Source: a virus (lineage: Duplodnaviria > Caudoviricetes). From it: a DNA stretch of 56,571 nucleotides. Shown here piece after piece: positions 26,880 through 34,711 of the stretch; the stretch's first letter is position 1, and each line of letters opens with the position of its first letter. Made by a program: the position numbers and the translations under genes. The notes below the pieces were generated by a model, which was given only the letters and a program-made list of their open reading frames with translations, was not told where the DNA came from and did not search any database. The stretch covers positions 1-56,571 of the IMG/VR virus record IMGVR_UViG_3300018877_000056; one strand, given 5' to 3'.

Positions 26880-26970
26880 GGGGGGGTATTTGCCAGCTTT
26901 GGAAAGAACGGATCGTGGACCGGCGCCCTCAATCAAACGCGCGATGCCGCAAATTTCAGTAAAAAGTTCC
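26880..26970 (+). repeat. Fourth cos-like unit (helper-type core)
   Basis: G7...GGACCGGCGCCCTCAATCAAACGCGCGATGCCGCAAATTTCAGTAAAAAGTTCC, similar to 19867-19920. Confidence 0.75.
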
Positions 26971-26980
26971 GATCAACCCC

Positions 26981-27229
26981 ATGGATGAAACCCAAACTCG
27001 CCAATGTGGCGCAAGAACCCGCTCAGGAGAGCCGTGCAGGCGATCTCCGGCCCCCGGCAAGCGCAGATGCCGGCTCCATGGTGGCGCTCCTGGCAGCGGG
27101 GCTCCTACAGGCGAGCGCAACGGTGCATGGAAGGGCGGACGATACAGCAGGGCGATCACGCCCGAACAGAGACACCTGGCCTGGAAGGAATATTGGGCCG
27201 AGAAGAGGGCTAAGAGACATGGCAACTGA
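26981..27229 (+). CDS. HGGxSTG-domain protein (TerS-like position)
   Basis: CGARTRSGEPC...RCRLHGG..GSGAP.G.RN..WKGGRYS. Confidence 0.8.
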   Translation: MDETQTRQCGARTRSGEPCRRSPAPGKRRCRLHGGAPGSGAPTGERNGAWKGGRYSRAITPEQRHLAWKEYWAEKRAKRHGN

Positions 27230-27452
27230 AGTGATCGAGGCAGACCCCCACGACGTGGTGGCACAATATGCCCTTGAACGGCTCATGGAGATGGTGAGCG
27301 ACACGCCTATCCCGTCCCGTGCTTTGGCAATCGCCATGATTGCCAACGGTGGCGGCGCTATTGCCGCCCTCGATGGTCGTGAGGCGGCTGCGCAACTCCT
27401 TCGGGACGCTGCAGACCGGATCGAGAACCCCGAACTAGCCGGGAGAGCATGA
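27219..27452 (+). CDS. Hypothetical protein
   Basis: Overlapping start MATEVIEADP. Confidence 0.5.
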   Translation: MATEVIEADPHDVVAQYALERLMEMVSDTPIPSRALAIAMIANGGGAIAALDGREAAAQLLRDAADRIENPELAGRA

Positions 27453-27826
27453 CGATGAGCAGGAAACTCCATTACGTGATGTCAACATTCGGTGGCGAGC
27501 CAGCAATGTTCTGCCTCACCCGCCGCAGGCTCGAAATCTTCGAAGTAGGCCTTGAGGCCGGAAGCGCATTCGAGTTCCTCCGTAGGCTCCTGAACGGCAC
27601 CTGGGCAACGAGGGATCTCGTCAGCCTCCTTCAGGACGCTTACCGCGAACACGACGGGAACGTGAACCTCAAGGCGCATTCCCACGTGCGAGCCGTGATC
27701 GAGAAGAACGGTCCCGGGCACTATGTCGGCTTGGCCGCCAAAATCATCGAAGCCGCTCTCTTCGGAATACCAGAGAAGGATGCAGTCTTTGATGAGGCCA
27801 AGCAGCTCACAGGAGAGGCAGGTTGA
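27449..27826 (+). CDS. Satellite tail assembly chaperone-like protein
   Basis: FLRRLLNGTWATRDL resembles helper 39694 LLHRLMDGSWMVDDA. Confidence 0.6.
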   Translation: MTMSRKLHYVMSTFGGEPAMFCLTRRRLEIFEVGLEAGSAFEFLRRLLNGTWATRDLVSLLQDAYREHDGNVNLKAHSHVRAVIEKNGPGHYVGLAAKIIEAALFGIPEKDAVFDEAKQLTGEAG

Positions 27827-28269
27827 GCCAGGGCCTGAAGCGCTGGGAGCAGAGGCTAAAGAACATACCGAAGACGGTACGGGCGCGAGTGCGTGAAGCC
27901 ATTCACCAGGGAGCGGCTGAAATCGTTTCGGCTCAGAAGCGCTTGGCGCCAGTCAGGACCGGCAAACTGCGAGACAGTATCACGGCCACCATTGGCGGGC
28001 AGGCTCCAAAATACTCCCAGTTCGGCCGCATGGGCGGCAAGGGTGACGCCGATCTCACAGCAGTCATCACGGTCGGCAACTCCGAGGTTCGATATGCGCA
28101 CCTCGTGGAGTTCGGTTCCGCTCCGCATATCGCAGGCGGTAGGTTCAAGGGGGCGGACCATCCCGGCACGACCGCACAGCCCTTTTTCTATCCCGGCTAT
28201 CGCATGGTGCGGCGACGGGTGAAGAGCCGCATTACCCGCGCCGTCAACAAGGGCATCAAGGAGGCCTGA
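27823..28269 (+). CDS. Satellite HK97 gp10-like neck/tail protein
   Basis: QKRLAPVRTGKLRDSI, YAHLVEFG, HPGTTAQPFFYPG; paralogue of 38291-38797. Confidence 0.88.
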   Translation: MSQGLKRWEQRLKNIPKTVRARVREAIHQGAAEIVSAQKRLAPVRTGKLRDSITATIGGQAPKYSQFGRMGGKGDADLTAVITVGNSEVRYAHLVEFGSAPHIAGGRFKGADHPGTTAQPFFYPGYRMVRRRVKSRITRAVNKGIKEA

Positions 28270-28272
28270 GCC

Positions 28273-30300
28273 ATGGCAGTTGAACGCGATGCAATGATCG
28301 TCTCGGTTGAGGCGCGCATCAACAATATCGAGCGTCAAATGGCGAAGGCCTCAGCCACATCGCGGAAGCATTTCACGCGGATCGAGTCCGATGCAAAGAC
28401 CATGGCGAGCCGGGTAAATGCCACTATGGGCAAAGTCGGGGAGGGGCTGAAAACAGCCTTCGTAGGGTTCGCCGGTGGTCTTGTTGGGGGGCTTGCTGCC
28501 GGAGGTGTTCTAGGAGTCCTCGGAAGCGTCCAGGGAGCCATGTCTGAATTGGCGAACGTGGCGGCTGAGGCCAAGCGGGCGGGTCTAGGCGGAGAAGCCT
28601 TCCAGGAATTGAGTTATGCCGCCATGCAGAGCCGGGTGAGCATTGACGCTCTGACGGACGGCCTCAAGGAGATGCAGCTCCGGGCGGATGAATTCATCGT
28701 CACGGGCAAGGGCAGCGGCGAGGAAGCCTTTAAGCGCCTCGGCTACTCGGCAACCGAACTGAATGAGAAGCTGAAGGACCCGCCAAAGCTGTTCGAAGAG
28801 ATCATCGACAAGCTAGGGCAACTCGATAAGTCGTCACAGATCCGCATTGCCGATGAGATCTTCGGCGGTGAGGGTGGCGAGCAGTTTGTGCGCTTTCTGG
28901 ACAAGGGGGCGGGTGCAATCGCCCGGGCGCGCCAGGAGGCAAGGGACACCGGCAATGTCCTTAGTGAGGATATGCTGAAGAAGGCCGTCGAGATCGATCA
29001 GCAGTTCGAGACCATAGCCCGCACCATCGGAACCAATGTCAAGGGCGCAATTGTCAGCGTGGTGTCCGCTCTAAAGGAGTTCGTGGGCGAGGCGAGCATG
29101 CTCAACAGCAGGAGCATTGAGGCAGTCTCCGACAGGATCAGCAAGATCAAGACAGAAATGGAAAGCCTGCAGAAGATCGAGGCTGATGCACGGCGAATGT
29201 TCCCGAACGCTCTCGAAAGCGCCTTCGCAGGCAATGCAGACAAACTGAAAGCCTACCGCGACGAGCTGGGCAAGCTCGAGGAACACCTGGGGCGACTCAA
29301 GACGAGCGCCCCGACCTCTCCGGGAGAGGCCCCGCCGACAACGCCGGCAGGCGGCAAGGGAGATCTGAGCCAAATCGACGTTGCCGGTAGCAAAAAGAAG
29401 GCACTGGAGGGCTATGCCGCGCTCGAACAAGCGGCCCTAGCTCGCATCAATACTCTGCGGGTGGAGCAGCAGGCTCTCGGCCTCACGACGGGAGAGGCTG
29501 AAAAGCTCCGGTTTGAGCAACAACTCCTGGCTGAAGCAACGCGAGACGGGACGATACTTACCCAGACACAAAAGGATCGTATCTCGGAGCTCGCGGGGCA
29601 GTACGGAGCACTTACGGCAGCAATTGAGCAAACTGAGAAGGCACAGCAGGAAGCTAATCAGGCTGCGGAATATTTCGGGGATGTGGCCGTTGATGCTATA
29701 TCCGATCTGGCCTTAGAGGGGCGCAATCTCGATGACGTGCTGCAGAACATCGCGAAGAGCCTCGCCCAGGCAGCAATTCAAGCCGCCATCCTCGGCCAAG
29801 GGCCTCTTGCCGGTCTCCTCGGGACGAGTGGCGTGAATGGTGCGCCTGGGGGCATCATTGGCGCATTGCTAAAATCATTCTCTCCGGTCAAAGCGGCTAC
29901 AGGCGGTTACATTAGAGGGAGAGGCACAGGAACGAGCGACAGCATTCCGGCCCGTCTCAGCAATGGCGAATATGTCGTGAATGCCAGAGCGACAGCTGCC
30001 AATCGAAAGCTGCTGGACGCAATCAACTATGGGCGTGTGCCGCGCTTCGCTGAGGGGGGATTTGTGGGCGTGCCGACCGTGCCGACACCTATTGCGCGCG
30101 GAAGTGGCGGCGGGATGAAAACAGAGGTCCACATCCACGAAGCCCAGGGAGTGAAGACCACCGTTAAAGAGACGCGTGGACCTAGTGGTGTGCGGTTCGA
30201 TGTGTATGCCCGTCAACTCGTTGAGGGCATGGTGGCAGACGGTAGCCTAGATCGGGTTGCAAAAGGCCGCTGGGGGGTGAATCCCATGCGGGGACGTTAG
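28273..30300 (+). CDS. Satellite tape measure protein
   Basis: 675 aa helical; ATGGYIRG.GT.TSDSIPARLSNGEYV; C-terminus matches helper TMP. Confidence 0.88.
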   Translation: MAVERDAMIVSVEARINNIERQMAKASATSRKHFTRIESDAKTMASRVNATMGKVGEGLKTAFVGFAGGLVGGLAAGGVLGVLGSVQGAMSELANVAAEAKRAGLGGEAFQELSYAAMQSRVSIDALTDGLKEMQLRADEFIVTGKGSGEEAFKRLGYSATELNEKLKDPPKLFEEIIDKLGQLDKSSQIRIADEIFGGEGGEQFVRFLDKGAGAIARARQEARDTGNVLSEDMLKKAVEIDQQFETIARTIGTNVKGAIVSVVSALKEFVGEASMLNSRSIEAVSDRISKIKTEMESLQKIEADARRMFPNALESAFAGNADKLKAYRDELGKLEEHLGRLKTSAPTSPGEAPPTTPAGGKGDLSQIDVAGSKKKALEGYAALEQAALARINTLRVEQQALGLTTGEAEKLRFEQQLLAEATRDGTILTQTQKDRISELAGQYGALTAAIEQTEKAQQEANQAAEYFGDVAVDAISDLALEGRNLDDVLQNIAKSLAQAAIQAAILGQGPLAGLLGTSGVNGAPGGIIGALLKSFSPVKAATGGYIRGRGTGTSDSIPARLSNGEYVVNARATAANRKLLDAINYGRVPRFAEGGFVGVPTVPTPIARGSGGGMKTEVHIHEAQGVKTTVKETRGPSGVRFDVYARQLVEGMVADGSLDRVAKGRWGVNPMRGR

Positions 30301-30304
30301 GACC

Positions 30305-30619
30305 TTACCGTGTTGTCTCTGGCGTCCCGGCGAGATCATCCAGAAACGAGCTATAGGGGAGACGTGCCAGGATAGTGCCCCTTGATGCCACCATCGCCGC
30401 AGTTGTGCCGCGGCAAAGCAGAGTCACATTGCCGGTGGTTCGCTTGCAGAAGGCGTCAGGGCTGTCGATGAAGTTCAAGCCAGACGGCCCCATAACAATG
30501 GCGGTTACGCCGTCCGGGATTGCACCGATCGGTTTGATGACGAACACCCGTAGCCCCGCAAGGTAGGCAATGAAAACTAGGGCGGCCAACCCGAACGAAA
30601 CTAGGAATAAAGCTCTCAT
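30305..30619 (-). CDS. Membrane-anchored cargo protein
   Basis: N-terminal hydrophobic helix; FVIKPIGAIPDG; two Cys. Confidence 0.55.
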   Translation of the reverse strand: MRALFLVSFGLAALVFIAYLAGLRVFVIKPIGAIPDGVTAIVMGPSGLNFIDSPDAFCKRTTGNVTLLCRGTTAAMVASRGTILARLPYSSFLDDLAGTPETTR

Positions 30620-30668
30620 CAACTCACGATGGCACAGGCTGGGCGCAGTTCGCAAGGCTAGTAAATTC

Positions 30669-31262
30669 TTAAGCGGCCCACCAAGATAGCAAAGCGAGAG
30701 CGCCCCTGACGCCCCAGTAAACCAGCGTAAACACCCCAACCAGCATACTCAATCCGATAATGATATTGATCGAGCGCGGGAAGATGCGATTGGGGGCAAC
30801 ACGAATATGCTTGCCCTGTGCTCCATCGAAACGAACGTTTACCAAGTGGGGCATATCATTGTTCAGATGGAGCAAATAGAGATTGAAGCTTTCTTTTGGG
30901 TTTAACCGTTCGACCTCAATAATTAATCGCTCATCAGGATTGTCTCTGATGACAAAGGGGAGTGGAGGAGAGAGCTCCAAATGGTAGGGCCGGAAGTTGA
31001 ATATAATCTCTACATTATTGGCTGTTTGCCTACCTGCGTTGGTAAAAAAGAGCGTTTGTGTTCTAACGGGAGAGTATTTTCCTTCTCCGTCTTTGGGTAG
31101 GAGGTATGCCGACTGTAATTCTGAGTAATGTAGTTTGGGTTTGGCCGCAAAGAACCCAAGGATCAGCGATCCTAAGCCCGTCAAAAGTGTCGTAATGATA
31201 CCAGCTGTTATTTCTTTATTATTATTTGCGAACTCTAATACTGCGGCAAACATTGCTTCCAC
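30669..31262 (-). CDS. Two-TM cargo protein, AT-rich
   Basis: Terminal hydrophobic helices, NAGRQTANNV beta-domain. Confidence 0.65.
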   Translation of the reverse strand: MEAMFAAVLEFANNNKEITAGIITTLLTGLGSLILGFFAAKPKLHYSELQSAYLLPKDGEGKYSPVRTQTLFFTNAGRQTANNVEIIFNFRPYHLELSPPLPFVIRDNPDERLIIEVERLNPKESFNLYLLHLNNDMPHLVNVRFDGAQGKHIRVAPNRIFPRSINIIIGLSMLVGVFTLVYWGVRGALALLSWWAA

Positions 31263-31526
31263 GAAGTCCAGCTAAGCTACTTTAAGCAATGAGTGGACTT
31301 GATCGTAGCTGAAGAGTCAATGCTGTTGGGACGTGTCAGCGCGCGCGAAAACCCCTTCCGCCTTGCCGGGCGGTGGGTTCGCGTGTCATATTTGTAATTG
31401 GAGCGTAGCAACTCCCGAAGCGGGCCCTTGCCGGGGCTGGCGCTTCAGTCACAGAGCGGTGGCGATCCCTTGCCGGGGATAGGCCATCGAAAGCAAACGC
31501 GCTTCACCTAGTGAAGCGTGACCGGC

Positions 31527-31626
31527 TCACTATGCCGGGAGTCCATCCGTTATACAAGACCCTTTCGAGGGGAAGACGGTTGGGCGTGCTCTCTGTGGCG
31601 CGTTGCTACCCTCCCGGTGCCAGTGA
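31527..31626 (+). ncRNA. c4/CI-type antisense immunity RNA (putative)
   Basis: Closing stem TCACTATGCCGGGAG/CTCCCGGTGCCAGTGA; carries CTCTGTG and GTTGCTAC complementary to flanking CACAGAG and GTAGCAA targets on both sides. Confidence 0.65.
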
Positions 31627-31707
31627 CGACCGCTGGCAACTGGAGACAAACCCGTAGCAAGGCGAGTCTCCCCGGCCGTAGCAAGCCGGTTCTCCACAGA
31701 GTAACCC

Positions 31708-32154
31708 ATGACTTCACAATTCTACGCCCGCAGTGGGCCAATAGCGTCTCCGGCTATCGATCCGGAGCGCACGCGTCTCCGCGCCTTGAGAGCTGAGATT
31801 GAGCGAGAGTTAGAGCGGATGATTGATCTGCTCGACGCCATCGACGGCGACCCGGACTTTGAACCTTCCTTTGGCTCGGTTGCCCCGGGACACGTTGACG
31901 AGGCTGAACCCGACGCAGACCTTGAACCTTCCCTCGGCTGGACGAGCACCTATGCCCATGGCTCCGATCAGGACCTTGAGGAGGAGCATGACGGTCGGGA
32001 GCCCGATGAGGATTTCGAGGGCAACACCGATGACAACGGCATAGGCGACCGTGGCGGGCTTGATGAGCAGTACGGCATTGATGCGACTGTGACCCGCTTC
32101 CCGCTCTACGGAACGATTGACGGCACCGCTCACATCATCCCTGAAACGTACTGA
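31708..32154 (+). CDS. Acidic D-x-D-x-EPS repeat protein
   Basis: IDLLDAIDGDPDFEPS, DADLEPSLG, DQDLEEEHDGREPD. Confidence 0.7.
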   Translation: MTSQFYARSGPIASPAIDPERTRLRALRAEIERELERMIDLLDAIDGDPDFEPSFGSVAPGHVDEAEPDADLEPSLGWTSTYAHGSDQDLEEEHDGREPDEDFEGNTDDNGIGDRGGLDEQYGIDATVTRFPLYGTIDGTAHIIPETY

Positions 32155-32161
32155 TCCAAAC

Positions 32162-32194
32162 GGCCCGGCTGCATTCCGTGGCCGGGCCTCTTTT
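32162..32194 (+). terminator. Rho-independent terminator before satellite integrase
   Basis: GGCCCGGC...GCCGGGCC-TCTTTT. Confidence 0.6.
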
Positions 32195-32211
32195 CATGAA
32201 AGGAGAGCAAC

Positions 32212-33519
32212 GTGGCAAGCGTGAACAAAAGAGAGTGGACCTATAAGGGCGAGACAAAAACCGCCTGGGTGGTTCGGTATACGGACCAAGGCGGCAAGCG
32301 TCGAATGAAGACTTTCGAGAAGAAGAAGGAGGCGGATGCTTTCCGGGTTCAAGTAGAAAGCGAGATCACGCAGGGAGTGCATACCGCCTACAACGAGAGC
32401 GTGACCTTCGACAAGGCGGTCGATGAGTTTATAAAGGACTGCTATCGGCGGGAGAAGCTAGGGGACATAACGCTAAGTGGCGTGAAGGGCTACGAGTATC
32501 GGCTTGAACATTACACAGTCCCCAAGTTCGCTAAGCGTCGTGTCTCCACGATCACGGCGGCAGAAATCCAAACCTATGTAGAGGAACTGCGCGAGAAGCT
32601 GTCCCCCCATACCATCCATGGGATCTATGGCTCGCTGCATGTGCTGCTGACCTTTGCCGTGTCCAAGAAGTGGGTTCGCCGGAATGTGCTGCGAGACGAG
32701 CCCTGCAAGCTGCCGACCAAGCCGAAGCGCAAGTCGATCCCGACCAAGGACGACATAAGGGCGCTCCTAGAGGCTGCTTCTCGCCTCGACAAGGGAGAGA
32801 ACCTCCTGACGTTCGTAAACCGCTCTGTGGTCATTGCCTGCGGCGTCTTCTGCGGTTTCCGTCCAGGGGAGACCTTTGGCCTGCATTGGGAGGACATCGA
32901 CTGGGAAAGGGGAGTGATCCATGTTCGCCGTGCGCACTCGAAGGTGAACGGGCTGAAAACGCCCAAGACCGAGGCGGGCTTCCGTGACGTGCCGCTCACC
33001 GAGCCTGTGCGCCGTGCTCTCTATCAGGCCGCGCGCTATTGGATCATCAGGAGGATGGCGACGGAGACAGGCGGAAGACGAGGCTCTATGAACCCGAAGG
33101 CTATTTTCAGCCGCATCGCCCGCATGTGGGAAACAGAGGTGGTTCACGTCGATCCGACGCAACTTAAGGGCTTCGTGATCCTGACGAAGGTGGGCAAACC
33201 CATGTCGGCAACAGCCAGCGCGACGACGTTCTGGAAGCGCCTTATGGATGCGGCCGGACTGTACGATCACGAGGCCAAGAGAAACAAGTTCACGCCTCAC
33301 GCCCTGCGGCATGTGGCAGCCAGTCTGCTAATCGAAGCGGGGCTCGATGACATGAACCTAAAGCGCTTCATCGGGCATGCCTCGATCCAGACAACCAAGG
33401 ACATCTACGGTCATCTTTTCCCGACCGATCAGCGCATGGTTGCGACAACAGAGGCCGTTGCGGCGAGCCTAGACGCGACAAGAACGCGACAAATCGCTGT
33501 AAGGCATTCATTCAACTAA
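32212..33519 (+). CDS. int: Satellite tyrosine integrase
   Basis: GFRPGE, PKT, PHALRH, GHASIQTTKDIYGH; ends 8 nt before att core; GAAAGGAG RBS. Confidence 0.95.
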   Translation: MASVNKREWTYKGETKTAWVVRYTDQGGKRRMKTFEKKKEADAFRVQVESEITQGVHTAYNESVTFDKAVDEFIKDCYRREKLGDITLSGVKGYEYRLEHYTVPKFAKRRVSTITAAEIQTYVEELREKLSPHTIHGIYGSLHVLLTFAVSKKWVRRNVLRDEPCKLPTKPKRKSIPTKDDIRALLEAASRLDKGENLLTFVNRSVVIACGVFCGFRPGETFGLHWEDIDWERGVIHVRRAHSKVNGLKTPKTEAGFRDVPLTEPVRRALYQAARYWIIRRMATETGGRRGSMNPKAIFSRIARMWETEVVHVDPTQLKGFVILTKVGKPMSATASATTFWKRLMDAAGLYDHEAKRNKFTPHALRHVAASLLIEAGLDDMNLKRFIGHASIQTTKDIYGHLFPTDQRMVATTEAVAASLDATRTRQIAVRHSFN

Positions 33520-33527
33520 CAAAAATA

Positions 33528-33538
33528 TTCCTGCGGCC
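33528..33538 (+). repeat. Satellite right att core TTCCTGCGGCC
   Basis: Identical to 23033-23043. Confidence 0.9.
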
Positions 33539-34409
33539 CCGCACCATCCTCGGCCGGTTCGGCCAGAACGGCATCCCGTCCCTCCGGAACGTGCCCTTCA
33601 ATGTGCCGCTGGTCGGCCAGACCGAAGGCGGCGAGGGCTACTGGGTGGGTGAAGGCAAGGCGAAGCCGCTGACCCGGTTCGGCTATGAGCGCAACATCCT
33701 TGAGATCTTCAAGGTGGCGAACATTGCTGTGGTCACGGAAGAGCTTCTGCGTCGGTCCAACCCGGCCGCCGAGGCGCTGCTCCGCGACAACCTGGCTGCG
33801 GCAATCGCTGCGCGCCTCGACATCGACTTCATCAACCCGGCCAAGGCTCTGGTCGCCGGCGTCTCGCCTGCCTCGATCACCAACGGCTTGACCCCGGTCA
33901 CGTCGTCCGGTGGCGATGCCGACGCGATCCGCGCCGACATCCGCGCCCTGATGGCGACCTTCATCGCGGCGAACAACGCCCCGACGAACGGCGTCTGGAT
34001 CATGGGCTCGGCGACTGCTCTCGCTCTGTCGATGATGGTCAACCCGCTCGGCCAGGCCGAATTCCCGGGCATCACGATGAATGGCGGCACCTTCGCAGGC
34101 CTGCCGGTGATCGTGTCCGACTACATCCCCGCGGGGACGGTCGTCCTGGCCAACGCCAGCGACATCTATCTGGCCGACGAAGGCGGCGTTCAGGTGGATA
34201 TGTCCCGCGAGGCCTCGCTGGAGATGGCGGACAACCCGGCGCATGACTCAAGCACACCGACCGGCGCCACGTCGCTCGTGTCGATGTTCCAGACCAACTC
34301 GGTAGCGTTCCGCGTCGAGCGGTTCATCAACTGGGCTCGTCGCCGTCCGTCGGCTGTCGCGATCCTGACCGGCGCGACCTGGGGCGCTCCTGCTGCCGAG
34401 ACTCCCTAA
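33528..34409 (+). CDS. Major capsid protein, 3' part (functional only after satellite excision)
   Basis: Frame reads FLRPRTILGRFGQNGIPSLRNVPFNVPL...SMFQTNSVAFRVERFINW and joins 21944-23043 in frame. Confidence 0.92.
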   Translation, partial: FLRPRTILGRFGQNGIPSLRNVPFNVPLVGQTEGGEGYWVGEGKAKPLTRFGYERNILEIFKVANIAVVTEELLRRSNPAAEALLRDNLAAAIAARLDIDFINPAKALVAGVSPASITNGLTPVTSSGGDADAIRADIRALMATFIAANNAPTNGVWIMGSATALALSMMVNPLGQAEFPGITMNGGTFAGLPVIVSDYIPAGTVVLANASDIYLADEGGVQVDMSREASLEMADNPAHDSSTPTGATSLVSMFQTNSVAFRVERFINWARRRPSAVAILTGATWGAPAAETP

Positions 34410-34429
34410 TCGGTAGCCTGAACCTCACG

Positions 34430-34460
34430 CCCGGCCGCGATCCGTTGCGGCCGGGTTTTT
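34430..34460 (+). terminator. Terminator after capsid gene
   Basis: CCCGGCCGCGA-TCCG-TTGCGGCCGGG-TTTTT. Confidence 0.8.
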
Positions 34461-34474
34461 CATAGGAGGCCAAT

Positions 34475-34708
34475 ATGCGTTCCCTCAGCTATATGGACCG
34501 CGCTCTTCGCGCTCAGGATCCTCGTTATGCCCGCATTCTCGGCAAGCTGGGATATGGCCGCCGCGACATGCAGGCCCGCCAGGCTCCCGATCCGGAAGAG
34601 GAACTGAAAGCCCTGCGCGAGGAATACCAGGATGTCGTCGGCAAGAGGCCTTATCATGGCTGGGATGCCGAGACCCTGAAAGCCAAAATCGCTGAAGCGA
34701 AGGGCTGA
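34475..34708 (+). CDS. Small head-associated protein
   Basis: GGAGG RBS; GKRPYHGWDAETLKAKI helix-extension-helix-like end. Confidence 0.7.
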   Translation: MRSLSYMDRALRAQDPRYARILGKLGYGRRDMQARQAPDPEEELKALREEYQDVVGKRPYHGWDAETLKAKIAEAKG

Positions 34709-34711
34709 TCC

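Larger units (their letters stand above)
23033..33538. mobile_element. Helper-embedded phage satellite (PICI-like), 10,495 bp, inserted in the major capsid gene
   Basis: 11-bp direct repeats; own integrase, Xis-like, Rep-like and structural genes; excision restores the capsid frame. Confidence 0.93.

Noticed and set aside
23033-33538. Inserted element as an autonomous prophage or canonical capsid-forming PICI
   Set aside because: No TerL, portal, protease, tail tube, tip or lysis genes
33516-34244. Long antisense ORFs (also 46018-47151, 41819-42676, 36064-36960)
   Set aside because: Shadow frames of GC-rich genes with clear products on the opposite strand
21944-34409. Capsid gene as a decayed pseudogene, or two phages misjoined
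   Set aside because: Exact 11-bp direct repeat, adjacent integrase and perfect in-frame rejoining indicate site-specific insertion
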